64,000 nucleotides of DNA, taken from NCBI GenBank assembly GCA_038230375.1, contig JBBRNJ010000025.1, positions 37,879-101,878 of the forward strand, written 5' to 3'. Below are positions 30,530-40,326 of this stretch, one piece after another (the stretch's first letter is position 1; each line of letters begins with the position of its first letter). Position numbers and translations under genes: made by a program. Origin of the DNA: Polyangiales bacterium. Lineage in GTDB: Bacteria > Myxococcota_A > Polyangia > Polyangiales > Polyangiaceae. The notes under the pieces are model-generated. The model worked only from the letters and a program-made list of their open reading frames with translations. It did no database searches and was not told where the DNA came from.

Positions 30530-33500
30530 GTGACCACCACCACCGCGCGCAAGCGCCTGCGCAACGCCCTGCCTTTTGTTCTCGTGGCCCACCTGGCTGC
30601 GCTTGCCTGTGTGTCCACCGGCCTGTCGGCCCCGGAGGATCCTGCTGCGCGCGGCCTGGACATCTTCCTGCACGCGCCCGCGGAGGTCGCGCCCGGCACG
30701 ATGCTCCCGGTGTCGGTGCTGTCGTACGGCTTTCCGCAGGTCACGCGCGCAGTACCGCTCGCCCACGCCGACATCGAGGCAGGCTGGGATCCGGAGACGC
30801 TCGACGGCACCAGCGTGCTGCCGCCCTCCGTGAAGCAGCAGACGGACGCGGAGGGACGCGCCAGCCTCCTTGTGGCGGTGCCGGAGGGCTATCCGAAGGA
30901 CCTGAAGCTGCTCATCGCCGTGCGCCACGGCGGACACGTGCGCACGCAGGAGCTGACCGTGAAGCGGGTAGAGGCGAGCTCCGTGGAGCTCTTCACGACG
31001 GACTCCCGCGTCGTCCCCGGCAGCACGATCTCCGCGTGGGTCCGCGCCACGCAGACCAGGAACCACGAGCCGCTCGCGAAGACCAAGGTGGTCATCGAGC
31101 TCATGGAAGGTGGCGTTGCACGCCACGCGCAGGAGGTGGAGACCGACGACGCAGGCATGGCGATGCTGCGCGTGCCCATCCCGCGCATCGACGAGCCGCT
31201 GTGGTCCTGGAACCTCAACGCCCGCGTCGCGCGTGGCACGTCCGCCACCACCACGATCGCGCTCAGCCCGCGCCAGGAGACGCCGGGCACTCCGACTGTC
31301 TCCGTGGAGATGCAGCCCACGACACCCGACGTGCTCGCTGGAGACGCCGTGCCGTTCGTGCTGCGCCTTCGCGACGCGACGGGCCAGGTGATCCCGAACC
31401 ACGAGGTCCGCTACTGGATCGGACAGAAGGGCCTGGAGCTTCCGAAGGCCACAGACAAGAAGGCAGAAGAGGAGTGGCTCAAGATCTCCACGCTGGCCAC
31501 GAGCGATGGCGCTGGAGAGGTGCATGGCATCACCAACGCGCCCACGCTCGTGAAGGCAGCCGGCACGTCAATCAACCTGGTCATGCGCACGTTCGTCGAG
31601 GGGCACGCGCTGTCCGCGCGCACGTCGGTGTCCGTGGGTGCGCCCACCTCGGATGCAACGCTCACCCCCGAGGCGACCTCCATCGTCCCCGGCCTCACGC
31701 AGTCCGTCTACTTGCACGTGCTCTCTGGTCACGGCGAGGGCGTGGTCGGCGAGTTCCTCGTGACCGGCGACGGGCTCTCTCAGAACGTCACGACCGACAC
31801 CACAGGCAGCGCCGAGATCCACTGGAACGCGCCGCTGGGCGTGGGCGCATTCAGGGGCGTGGGTCCGTGCGCGAGCGGCATTGCCGCTGCCGTGATGATT
31901 CGCCCCACGCACGAAATCCCTGCGCTGGCGCAGCGCAAGGAGCCCTTCCAGGTGTGCGTCCCCGTCGATCGCGACGCCGAGGCGATCGTGCGCGCCACGC
32001 CACCGCTCGCACATCCGGGCGAGACCGTGAAGGTGACCGTGGACCGCGCGCGCGGCACCGCTGCATCGAAGGCGGCGCTCAGCGTGCTTGCGAGCGCGCG
32101 TGAGGCAGCGCAGACCGTGAGCGCGTGGGTCCCGACCGGCAAGGACTCCGCCATGCTGACGCTACCGGCCGACGCGGCGATGGGCTCGTGGACGCTCTCG
32201 TCGGTCACTCCGGAGGCTGCGCGGGCGTCGCATACGATCGGCGCGCACGTCTTCGTGGCGCCCAGGATCCTTCCCATGCTCACGGTGAAGCGCACTGGCG
32301 GACGCGCGGCGCCCATGGGCAAGGTCGAGATCGAAGCGGAGATGACCGACGGCCATGGCAAGCCGCTCGTGGGCACCGTGGCGGCGGTGGTCACGGACGC
32401 GTTCGGCGGCGGACGCGTGGTGATCGACTCGCTGGATACGCGCCTTCGCCTGTGTCGGTCGCTGGGCTCGATGGACGACTGCAACGCGCTGCTCGAGGGA
32501 GACGCGAAACAGGATGCGCGCAGGCGTGATCTGTTCGCGTCGTTGCCGGCCTCGTTCCAGGGGCCGCTGAACGATCCGGGCTCCCACGCGTCCAAGGATC
32601 TCGACAAGGCCTTCGGAGAGGTGCTGCGCTCGCTCGAAGGTGCCGTGTTCGAGTCGACGGAGAGCCCGGAGAAGCTCATGGACGTCCGGCGACGCGAGAA
32701 CGGCCGCTGGGTGTGGAACCCGGAGCTCTTCACGCTGGTGACGGACGCGATCACCGACCCGCCGCGCACGCCGGGCGGTGAGCCGCTCGCGCTCGCGGAC
32801 CTGGTCGCCGTGGATCCGCAGGTCACGTTCGACAACGTGGCCAGGCGCATCACGCGCCTGAAGCTGTTTCGCGTACTCGCGGCCGTACGCAGCTATCGCA
32901 GGGAAAAACAGCTCGATCCCGACGAGCCGGTATGGAAGGATCCGAACGCGCTGCTCCGTCGCGTCTTTCGTGAACACGGCCTGGAAGCATCGCTGTTGCT
33001 CGATCCCTGGGGCGGCACGATCCAGTTCTCGAAGACGAACGCGGCGCCTGTCCCGTTCCTCTCCGTGGTGCGCGGCTACGACCTGCGCGCGCCAGGACCC
33101 GACGGCCTCATAGGCACCGCAGACGACATACGCGATCCGTTCGAGCGCGTGGTCCGCTCCGGTTCGCCTTGTGCCGCGGCCGTCCAGGAGGACCGCATCG
33201 TGGATGCCAAGTGGGACATGGAGGTCTCCGACAACACCGTCACCGGATGGCAGTCGCTGTTCGACGAGCTGACGGGCACCACGCTCGGCGCCGGTGGGCT
33301 CGGTCTGTCGGGTGTTGGCGAAGGTGGCGGCGGCTCGGGCAGCGGAATCGGCCTTGGCAAGATCGGCACGATCGGCCACGGCTCGGGGCGCGGCACCAGC
33401 GGTATCGCGACGGGCGACGCCTACTTCTCACCGCCGGTGCGTACGGACGCGAACGGGAAGGCACACATCGTCATTCCGCTCGGCGCCGTGGAGACAACGT

Positions 33501-35314
33501 GGCGGGTGGCCTTCGTGGGCGTCCCCGATCACGCCGCCACGGCGTCGACGACCATCGACATTCCAGCGGAGGTCCCGCTCTCATCGCAGGTGGAGGCCGG
33601 CGCCACGTGGGTGCGCGGCGACACCGCCGACGTGCGGCTCCGCATACGCAACCGCACCAAGGACCCCGTGCAGGCAACGGTGGAGATCACGCGCGGCGGT
33701 GTGCTTGCCGACAAGAGCCCAACGGAGACCAAGATCGTCACGGTCGCGCCGCGCGGCATGACGGAGACGGTCGTACGAGCCCATGCGAACGCGACCGGAC
33801 ACGCCGAGCTCACGGTGAAGACGCGCGCTCCTGGCCTTGCGGAGGACGTGCTCACCCACGGATGGGACGTGATCCCGCCAGGCGAGAAGCGCGTGTTCTC
33901 GCAGGTGGCCTGGGTGGATGGCGAGCGCGCGCTCGGGCTCGAGCTCGACACCGGCTACGAGCTCCGCGACGCGCCCGATCTGGTGCTCTCGCGCGGGTAC
34001 ACGGAGGCGGTGGCGTGGGCGCTGGACTCGCTGGAGCCGGAGAGGCAGTCGTCGCTCCCGGCGCTGCTCGACGCCCTGGAGACCGCGCAGCGCGTGCGTG
34101 CATGGGCGCTCACGCGGAAGGGCGCGCGGGAGCATGCGCTCGCCGACATCGCCGCCTCGTTCGAGAAGCGCGCCGAGGGGCGCTACCGCATGATGTCGAA
34201 GGGCTCCACGCGGAGCTTCACCGAGTCCACGCGCTTCGACGCGCTCACACACGTGGTGCACGATCCATCATCGGAGGCCACGTGTCCGCCGACCTACGTG
34301 GCGACGTTCTCGAACGAGGAGAACCTGGACCCGCTGCGCGTGCTGCCGGCACCAACGAAGGATCCGCTGCCGTGCTGGGGGGTGTTCGTGGCGGAGGCGT
34401 CTCGTGGCCTCCACAACGCAGGCTCCACGCGCCTTGCGACGTTCGTGCTGGCGCTCGCAGAGCACCCGGAGCATGCGGCGCTCTACGCATCCGCGGTGGC
34501 GCGGCTGCGCTCGTCCATCGAGCTGCGGGAGGACGGCACGATGAGCGGGCCTTCGGGTCGCGCCGATCGCGCGCTGGTCATCGCCGCGCTGCTTCGCTCG
34601 GTCAAGGTGTCGAACCCGCCCGCGACCGCGGACGTGCTCTTCGCGCGGCTCTCGCGCATGCGCGATGCAAACGGCGGATACGGGTCCTCGGAGGCGACCC
34701 TCGCGGTCACGCAGGCGTTGCTCGCGTCGCAGCTCGAAGGCCACGGCGTGACGCGCGTTCATGTCATGGTGCCGCCCAGCGAGGGAGTGCCGGCGTACAC
34801 GACCGACGTCATCGTGCCGGAGGATGGCTCGGTGCGCGTGCCGCTGTCGGCGCGCGTGCTGGACGTGATCGTCAAGACCGAGGGGCCAGGACTGGTCGCA
34901 GACCTGGAGCGTCCCGTACTGCGGCTGTGGTCAAGGCCGACGCCGCCCATGTCCTCCCCCGTCAACATGGAGATCGTCTGGCCGGCCGAGGCGCGCGCTG
35001 GTCACGTGGACACGCTGCGCGTGATGCTGAGGCACTCGTTGCCACAGGCCTCGCTCGTGGACGTGCGGATTCCGCTGCCGCCGGGCGTGTCGCTCGCGGA
35101 GGCGATCGGCAAGGGAGGCGAAGGCGCGGTCGTGTCGGAGATCCAGGGCGTGCTCGCGTTGCGCTGGGCCGTGGACCGCAGCGTCTCCGTGATCGACGTG
35201 CCCGTGCGGTTTGCGCTGACCGGCACATACACGGTGCCGGAGGCCTCGGCGCGCATCGCGAAGGAGTCGATGGCACCGACCACCGCCCCCGCGCGCGTGC
35301 TCTCCGTCCGTTGA
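30530..35314 (+). CDS. Large alpha-2-macroglobulin-like lipoprotein with a GspG-like insert; no thioester motif seen
   Basis: AALAC lipobox; MG-type beta domains (TDAEGRA, TDDAGMA, TDANGKA...TTWR); late NGGYGSSEAT; start position approximate. Confidence 0.7.
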   Translation: MTTTTARKRLRNALPFVLVAHLAALACVSTGLSAPEDPAARGLDIFLHAPAEVAPGTMLPVSVLSYGFPQVTRAVPLAHADIEAGWDPETLDGTSVLPPSVKQQTDAEGRASLLVAVPEGYPKDLKLLIAVRHGGHVRTQELTVKRVEASSVELFTTDSRVVPGSTISAWVRATQTRNHEPLAKTKVVIELMEGGVARHAQEVETDDAGMAMLRVPIPRIDEPLWSWNLNARVARGTSATTTIALSPRQETPGTPTVSVEMQPTTPDVLAGDAVPFVLRLRDATGQVIPNHEVRYWIGQKGLELPKATDKKAEEEWLKISTLATSDGAGEVHGITNAPTLVKAAGTSINLVMRTFVEGHALSARTSVSVGAPTSDATLTPEATSIVPGLTQSVYLHVLSGHGEGVVGEFLVTGDGLSQNVTTDTTGSAEIHWNAPLGVGAFRGVGPCASGIAAAVMIRPTHEIPALAQRKEPFQVCVPVDRDAEAIVRATPPLAHPGETVKVTVDRARGTAASKAALSVLASAREAAQTVSAWVPTGKDSAMLTLPADAAMGSWTLSSVTPEAARASHTIGAHVFVAPRILPMLTVKRTGGRAAPMGKVEIEAEMTDGHGKPLVGTVAAVVTDAFGGGRVVIDSLDTRLRLCRSLGSMDDCNALLEGDAKQDARRRDLFASLPASFQGPLNDPGSHASKDLDKAFGEVLRSLEGAVFESTESPEKLMDVRRRENGRWVWNPELFTLVTDAITDPPRTPGGEPLALADLVAVDPQVTFDNVARRITRLKLFRVLAAVRSYRREKQLDPDEPVWKDPNALLRRVFREHGLEASLLLDPWGGTIQFSKTNAAPVPFLSVVRGYDLRAPGPDGLIGTADDIRDPFERVVRSGSPCAAAVQEDRIVDAKWDMEVSDNTVTGWQSLFDELTGTTLGAGGLGLSGVGEGGGGSGSGIGLGKIGTIGHGSGRGTSGIATGDAYFSPPVRTDANGKAHIVIPLGAVETTWRVAFVGVPDHAATASTTIDIPAEVPLSSQVEAGATWVRGDTADVRLRIRNRTKDPVQATVEITRGGVLADKSPTETKIVTVAPRGMTETVVRAHANATGHAELTVKTRAPGLAEDVLTHGWDVIPPGEKRVFSQVAWVDGERALGLELDTGYELRDAPDLVLSRGYTEAVAWALDSLEPERQSSLPALLDALETAQRVRAWALTRKGAREHALADIAASFEKRAEGRYRMMSKGSTRSFTESTRFDALTHVVHDPSSEATCPPTYVATFSNEENLDPLRVLPAPTKDPLPCWGVFVAEASRGLHNAGSTRLATFVLALAEHPEHAALYASAVARLRSSIELREDGTMSGPSGRADRALVIAALLRSVKVSNPPATADVLFARLSRMRDANGGYGSSEATLAVTQALLASQLEGHGVTRVHVMVPPSEGVPAYTTDVIVPEDGSVRVPLSARVLDVIVKTEGPGLVADLERPVLRLWSRPTPPMSSPVNMEIVWPAEARAGHVDTLRVMLRHSLPQASLVDVRIPLPPGVSLAEAIGKGGEGAVVSEIQGVLALRWAVDRSVSVIDVPVRFALTGTYTVPEASARIAKESMAPTTAPARVLSVR

Positions 35315-35332
35315 TGCGTGTAGTATGAGGCG

Positions 35333-36235
35333 ATGCAAGCGGAGTGGGAGAAGTCCGTCACCCAGAAGCGACTCGTCGCACGTGATGGCACCGGCATCGC
35401 GTACGAGACCCTGGGTAAGGGCGACCGCACGATCGTCCTCGCGAACGGGCTGGGCGGGCGGCTCTACGCGTGGACCCCTGCGCTGGAGGCGCTGCGCCAC
35501 GACTACCGGTTGATCACGTGGGACTACCGCGGGCTCTTCTCCTCCGACTCGCCGCGCTCGATGCGTCGTCTGGGCGTGACGGATCACGCAGAGGACATCG
35601 TCACCATCCTGGAAGCGGAGGGAGTGAAGCGCGCGGTCTTCGTTGGATGGAGCATGGGCGTGCAGGTGTCGCTCGACGTCGCGGCGTCATACCCTGAGCG
35701 CGTCGCGGGCCTGGTGCTCATCAACGGAACGTACGGGCACACGCTCTCCACCGGCTTTCAGCCGTTCGTGAGCATTCCCTTCCTGCCGAAGCGGCTGCAC
35801 GCGCTGCTGGAGTTCCTGCAGGACCACAAGGGCCTCGCGACGCAGCTCGCGCGTGTCTCGCGCTACTCCGAGTGGCCGCTCTACCTGGGCATGCGTGTGC
35901 TCGCCGGCACGCAGGCGAAGGAGGTGTCACCGCTGCTCACCCGCTATCTGGACGACGTGCTCGGCCCCAGCTTCCCGAACTACCTGCGTCTGTTCCAGGA
36001 GCTCGACGCGCACTCGCTCTATCATGTGCTCCCGCAGATCGAGGCGCCGACACTCATCTACAGTGGCAAGCTGGACATGCTCACGCCCGCGTTCCAGAGC
36101 AAGGAGATGGCGAGGCGAATGCCAAACGCGGAGCACGTGTCGCTGCTGCGATCGAGCCACTTTTCGCTACTGGAGAGGCCGGAGATCGTCGTGCCGGGGA
36201 TCAGGAGATTTCTGGCGACCAGGGCGAGGTTCTGA
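35333..36235 (+). CDS. Alpha/beta hydrolase
   Basis: WDYRG, GWSMG nucleophile elbow, D and H of the triad near the C-terminus. Confidence 0.92.
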   Translation: MQAEWEKSVTQKRLVARDGTGIAYETLGKGDRTIVLANGLGGRLYAWTPALEALRHDYRLITWDYRGLFSSDSPRSMRRLGVTDHAEDIVTILEAEGVKRAVFVGWSMGVQVSLDVAASYPERVAGLVLINGTYGHTLSTGFQPFVSIPFLPKRLHALLEFLQDHKGLATQLARVSRYSEWPLYLGMRVLAGTQAKEVSPLLTRYLDDVLGPSFPNYLRLFQELDAHSLYHVLPQIEAPTLIYSGKLDMLTPAFQSKEMARRMPNAEHVSLLRSSHFSLLERPEIVVPGIRRFLATRARF

Positions 36236-36430
36236 GGTGAGGACGACGACGACCTCGAGGGCGGACGGGCGCGCGGCTGGGCCGACCCCAACCTGGGCGG
36301 CATGTACGAGGACATGGACCCGAACATCATCACGTTCGCAGACGGCAAGCTCCACGTGAGCTTCGGCGCCGACACGTGCAAGGCCCGCGCGAAGAACCGC
36401 ACGTTCAAGGAGTGGAGCCTGACGCCATGA
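36236..36430 (+). pseudogene. Start-less coding fragment of unknown function
   Basis: GEDDDDLEGGRARGWADPNLGGMYEDMDPNIITFADGKLHVSFGADTCKARAKNRTFKEWSLTP*; strong GC3 bias; its stop overlaps the next ATG (ATGA). Confidence 0.5.
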
Positions 36431-38148
36431 CAAGACCCGCCGCTGCTGCCCTGGGGCTTCTTTGTGTTCTCGCTGCATGTGGAGGCGATGCGAAGCCTCC
36501 TTCCGTTGCACCAGCGCCCATCACACCCGCTGCACCCGCGCCCTTGCAACGCGCGAGCACGGACATGTCCTCGCTCGATGGCGGACACGGGCCCACGCCC
36601 GTTCCCGAGGACATCGCCACGGCCAGGCTTCTACGCGAGCTCTCCGACGTGGATCCCGCGGGTGGGCGCGATCATGTGAAGCACGAGACCAAGCTTGTCA
36701 TGGACCAGCTTGTGGAGCTCGGCGATCCGCGCGCGGCGGACACGCTTGCGTCCTACCTGGAGCGCAATCCAGCTGCGCACTGGAAGACAGAGGCCGCGCT
36801 CCTGCTCGGCGCGCTGGGCGATGTGCGGGCTGCTCCAGTCCTTGGATGGCGCATGGGACAGGACCCGCTCTCGCTCTACGACGAGACCCAGGATCCGGAG
36901 TTTCGCCGGGACGACAGCGAGCGCATACGCGCCGCGCGGACGCTCGCCGATCTCGCGACGATGCATCCGAACGCCCACGCAGACCTGCGCGGAGCGGCAG
37001 AGGCGCCCGTGCTTACGTGGCTCACAAACAGGGCCCAGCCGCATGCGAATGGGCTGCGGTTCCTGGCCACCGCGGGCTCGAGCAAGATCTTGCCGAAGCT
37101 CCGCGCGTGGGCAGAGCCCAAGGAGCCGCTGCCGGCGAAGGGCAGCATGTCGTTCTCTCCCGCGTTCGCCACGTCGCAGGCCGCGCTCCGCTACCTGGGC
37201 CGCACGAGGGACAAGGATGCGTTCGCGGTGCTCGCGCGGCAGCTCAATCGACGTCCGGCGCAGCTGGACGCCACCATGGACGCGGCCATGAGCGGCGGCA
37301 GCGCCGTGCTCGTCATGTCCCTGCGCGCGCTCGGAACGGGTGCGTCGCAGGGCCTCGCGGAGCTCGGGGATCCTCGCGCGACTCCGCTGCTCGTCACGTA
37401 CATCGAAGACCCGAAGGAGAACGAGCAGTCGCGCCTGGAGGCGTGCAACGCACTCGCGTGGGTCGCGACCGACGCGGACCTGGTGGCGGCCGCGCGCAAG
37501 GCCCTGCTTGCGCAGGGCGGCGACAAGCAGCGCATGGTGGCGCACTGCTACCTTGATGGGCTCGCCCACACCGGCAGCGCGGACGCGGCGCGCGTGCTCG
37601 CGGCGCTCCTCGCGCGTGGCACCGAGCCCACCATCCGCACGGCGGCAGCCCGCGCGATCGGCTTGATGGGAGCTCCGGCCGACGTCGCGCCCGCCATCGT
37701 CACCATGCTGGCGGACCCTGCGCTGCACGACGACGCCGCGCTGACGCTGCTGCTCGGAGGCACCCAGGAACAGGCGCGCGCCGCGATCGCGAGCTACACC
37801 GGCGACATCTCGAATCTCCAGCTCCAGTACGTTCAATCGCTCGGGTTCTTCTCCGATGCGGCCTACGACCGTGGCCAGATCGCGCGCTGGGCGGAGAACG
37901 CGGACGCGTGCCGCGACGCAGGCTGGCCGGTGCTCATGATGTCCCGCGCGCTCCGCGGGGTCGAGTTCGACAACGGCCCGCACTCCCTGACACGCCCGGT
38001 GCTGCGTCACCGGCTCGCGGAGGACGCCAGGTCGGGCACGCCGACGAAGAAGCGCCAGGCCGCGCTGCTGCTGAGGCTCGCGGACGAGCAGGGGATCCTC
38101 GCCTCGTTGGGCTTGCCTCGCGACGCTCTCTTGACAAAGAGTAAATAG
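36427..38148 (+). CDS. HEAT-repeat lipoprotein
   Basis: VLAAC lipobox; repeated LGELGDPRA-like HEAT units. Confidence 0.8.
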   Translation: MTRPAAAALGLLCVLAACGGDAKPPSVAPAPITPAAPAPLQRASTDMSSLDGGHGPTPVPEDIATARLLRELSDVDPAGGRDHVKHETKLVMDQLVELGDPRAADTLASYLERNPAAHWKTEAALLLGALGDVRAAPVLGWRMGQDPLSLYDETQDPEFRRDDSERIRAARTLADLATMHPNAHADLRGAAEAPVLTWLTNRAQPHANGLRFLATAGSSKILPKLRAWAEPKEPLPAKGSMSFSPAFATSQAALRYLGRTRDKDAFAVLARQLNRRPAQLDATMDAAMSGGSAVLVMSLRALGTGASQGLAELGDPRATPLLVTYIEDPKENEQSRLEACNALAWVATDADLVAAARKALLAQGGDKQRMVAHCYLDGLAHTGSADAARVLAALLARGTEPTIRTAAARAIGLMGAPADVAPAIVTMLADPALHDDAALTLLLGGTQEQARAAIASYTGDISNLQLQYVQSLGFFSDAAYDRGQIARWAENADACRDAGWPVLMMSRALRGVEFDNGPHSLTRPVLRHRLAEDARSGTPTKKRQAALLLRLADEQGILASLGLPRDALLTKSK

Positions 38149-38158
38149 TACTCATACT
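38131..38158 (+). promoter_or_regulatory. Sigma-70-like promoter of cobB with an embedded palindrome
   Basis: TTGACA-N16-CATACT; GAGTA-N5-TACTC inverted repeat in the spacer; AT-rich island 9 nt before the ATG. Confidence 0.6.
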
Positions 38159-38167
38159 GGTCGGGTC

Positions 38168-38926
38168 ATGGTTCGCCCTGCCCAGATAAAGCTCGACCCG
38201 CGAACACACGTGATGGTGCTCACGGGCGCTGGCGTGTCTGCGGAGAGCGGCATTCCCACGTTCCGTGGCAGCGCTGGTCTGTGGGAGGAGCACCGCGTGG
38301 AGGACGTCGCTTCGCCGGCGGGCTTCCTGCGTGACCCTGCCCTGGTCTGGCGCTTCTACTCCGAGCGCCGCGCCGCTGCGAAGGACGTCCGACCGAACGC
38401 GGGCCATGCCGCGCTCGCCGCGCTCGAGGAGCAGCTCGGGGACCGCTTCCTGCTCGCGACACAGAACATCGACGGGCTTCACCAGGCTGCGGGAAGCCGC
38501 CGCGTGATCGAGATGCACGGCAGCCTGTGGAAGACCCGCTGCTCGCGCTGCGATCGGCCTGCATTCGACGATCGCGATTCGTACACGGCGCAGAACCTCC
38601 CTGGCTGCGCGCAGTGCGATGCGCGCGGGGACTTCGCGCTTCTGCGTCCGCACATTGTCTGGTTCGGCGAGGCGCTTGCGTCCGAGGACCTCGCGCGGAT
38701 CGACGCATTCCTCAGACCAGGAGCCGGGACGCGCCTCGTGTTCGTGTCGTGCGGCACGTCGGGGATGGTTCAACCAGCGGCCGGTATCGCGCGCGTGGCA
38801 AGGAGCCGCGGCGCAGAGACCTGGCTCGTCAACCTGGAGTCACCAGACAACGCCGGCGACTTCGAGCACACCGTCATGGGCAAGAGCGGCGAGCTCCTAC
38901 CCCAGCTCTTCGCCGTCACGGGATAG
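38168..38926 (+). CDS. cobB: NAD-dependent protein deacylase (sirtuin)
   Basis: GAGVSAESGIPTFR, TQNIDGLH, HGS, two CxxC, RPHIVWFGE, GTS; YxxR motif (FYSER). Confidence 0.93.
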   Translation: MVRPAQIKLDPRTHVMVLTGAGVSAESGIPTFRGSAGLWEEHRVEDVASPAGFLRDPALVWRFYSERRAAAKDVRPNAGHAALAALEEQLGDRFLLATQNIDGLHQAAGSRRVIEMHGSLWKTRCSRCDRPAFDDRDSYTAQNLPGCAQCDARGDFALLRPHIVWFGEALASEDLARIDAFLRPGAGTRLVFVSCGTSGMVQPAAGIARVARSRGAETWLVNLESPDNAGDFEHTVMGKSGELLPQLFAVTG

Positions 38927-38967
38927 CGTCCGCGACGGCCGTCGGTCCCGTCGATGATCTTCCGGCT

Positions 38968-39405
38968 TCACATCCTGTGGCAGGTGCCGTTGCCGGTCTC
39001 AACGCACATGACGTTCGGCCCGGTCACGTAGCAGTCCGCGTTCTCTCCGCAGTTCACGGTGCACGACCCATTTGGACACGTCACGTGACAATCGGAGCTG
39101 CCCTTGCAGGTGATGAGCGAGCCACTGGCCCCGACGAACGTGCACGAGTCGCTCCCCGGGCACGTGCACGAGAGCGGACAGTTCACGCCGCCATCTGTCT
39201 TTGCCCCTGAGCCATCCCGTTCCGTCGCGTCCGACGCTGACATGGCGTCGCCTCCCGCAGCGGCTCCATCGATCGCCACAGCCCCGTCCGCGCCCGCGCT
39301 GCCAGCATCCTGCGAGCCACCGCCGGTCAGGTCCGCGAAGCCAACTACGAGGCTGCACCCGGGCAGGAGCGCCAACAGAGCGAATCGCGTGACCAGTCGC
39401 CACAT
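38968..39405 (-). CDS. Small Cys-rich lipoprotein
   Basis: LLPGC lipobox, Asp/Gly/Ala linker, regularly spaced Cys C-terminus. Confidence 0.75.
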   Translation of the reverse strand: MWRLVTRFALLALLPGCSLVVGFADLTGGGSQDAGSAGADGAVAIDGAAAGGDAMSASDATERDGSGAKTDGGVNCPLSCTCPGSDSCTFVGASGSLITCKGSSDCHVTCPNGSCTVNCGENADCYVTGPNVMCVETGNGTCHRM

Positions 39406-39576
39406 GGTTCCACAGGGTATCACGAGCCTGTCTACGTGAAGCGGCCGCCCCTGCATCCGTAGGCGCGGACCGGGGCCCCATCCCCGGACGCAAAGAGGTT
39501 TCCATCTCGCGTGGGAGCAGATAGTGTCGCTTCGCGTGATCGTTTCCTGCGGCCCCGCGCACTGTTCTCATAGCTG

Positions 39577-40041
39577 ATGGCTCGCCCCTCCCGACCACCC
39601 CGTTTTGCATCCGGCCTGCGCACCGCGTCCCCGGGCAAGAGCGCCGCTGTTCGCGCTGGTGTCGCACCGCGCGTGCTCCTGGTGACGGACGACAAGGATT
39701 CGCGCTCGTTCGTCGCCCAGGTGCTCCGCACGGGCGGCTACGAGGTCACCATCGCGACCACCAGCAGCGACGCCTTCGAGCGGGTCATGGAGGGCAACGA
39801 GGGCGCGAAGGCCCCCGTCGATCTCGTTCTCACGGATCTGCGAGACTCCCGCAGCGGTCTCGAGCTCGCGTCAGCGCTGCGCGCCGCGGCCTCCCGGGTG
39901 GGGCTCCTGCTCTCGAGCCGGGGCCTGTCCCGGGACCAGCGCGAGCTCGCGGCGTTCTACGGCGTCGAGGTGCTCGAGACGCCGTTCACGCCCGACCTCG
40001 TCTGCAGCGCCGTGGAACGCGCGCTATCTTCCGCGGCTTGA
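39577..40041 (+). CDS. Single-domain response regulator (atypical: KPF replaced by TPF)
   Basis: LLVTDD, DLVLTD, SGLELA, ETPF. Confidence 0.8.
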   Translation: MARPSRPPRFASGLRTASPGKSAAVRAGVAPRVLLVTDDKDSRSFVAQVLRTGGYEVTIATTSSDAFERVMEGNEGAKAPVDLVLTDLRDSRSGLELASALRAAASRVGLLLSSRGLSRDQRELAAFYGVEVLETPFTPDLVCSAVERALSSAA

Positions 40042-40058
40042 CGAGCGACGCGCTCCCA

Positions 40059-40325
40059 TCAGGGACCGGCGCACGCCCCGTTGGCCTCTGGATTCGTGTC
40101 GCTCTTGGTGTTCCCCTTGCACGCCATCTTCGTCGCCGCGCCGGCGCAGTCTGCGTCGGTCTTGCAGACCGTCGTGCAGAGCTGCGCCTCGCATCGCGCG
40201 GCGGCGCAGTCGTTGTTCGAATCACACTTCTCACCGAGCTTCTTCGACCCGCGCCCGAGCGGGCACGCCGTGAGCGAAGCCACGATCAGAAGCAAGAGGA
40301 AGCCGTGACCGAACGTTCGCTTCAT
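40059..40325 (-). CDS. Small Cys-rich lipoprotein
   Basis: SLTAC lipobox; GEKCDSNNDC...CTTVCKTDADC. Confidence 0.75.
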   Translation of the reverse strand: MKRTFGHGFLLLLIVASLTACPLGRGSKKLGEKCDSNNDCAAARCEAQLCTTVCKTDADCAGAATKMACKGNTKSDTNPEANGACAGP

Positions 40326-40326
40326 C

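Noticed and set aside
36233..36430. TGA read-through or selenocysteine extension of the hydrolase (and similarly at 26516-26518), since the downstream fragments are in frame
   Set aside because: Both upstream proteins end at natural-looking C-termini, the stops are not at Cys-like catalytic positions, and an in-frame junction has a 1-in-3 chance
39462..39530. GGACGCAAAG after a hairpin, reminiscent of a c-di-GMP-I riboswitch upstream of a response regulator
   Set aside because: The hairpin loop is CCCCAT rather than GNRA, and no second stem with a tetraloop receptor is visible; an Infernal search would be needed to reconsider
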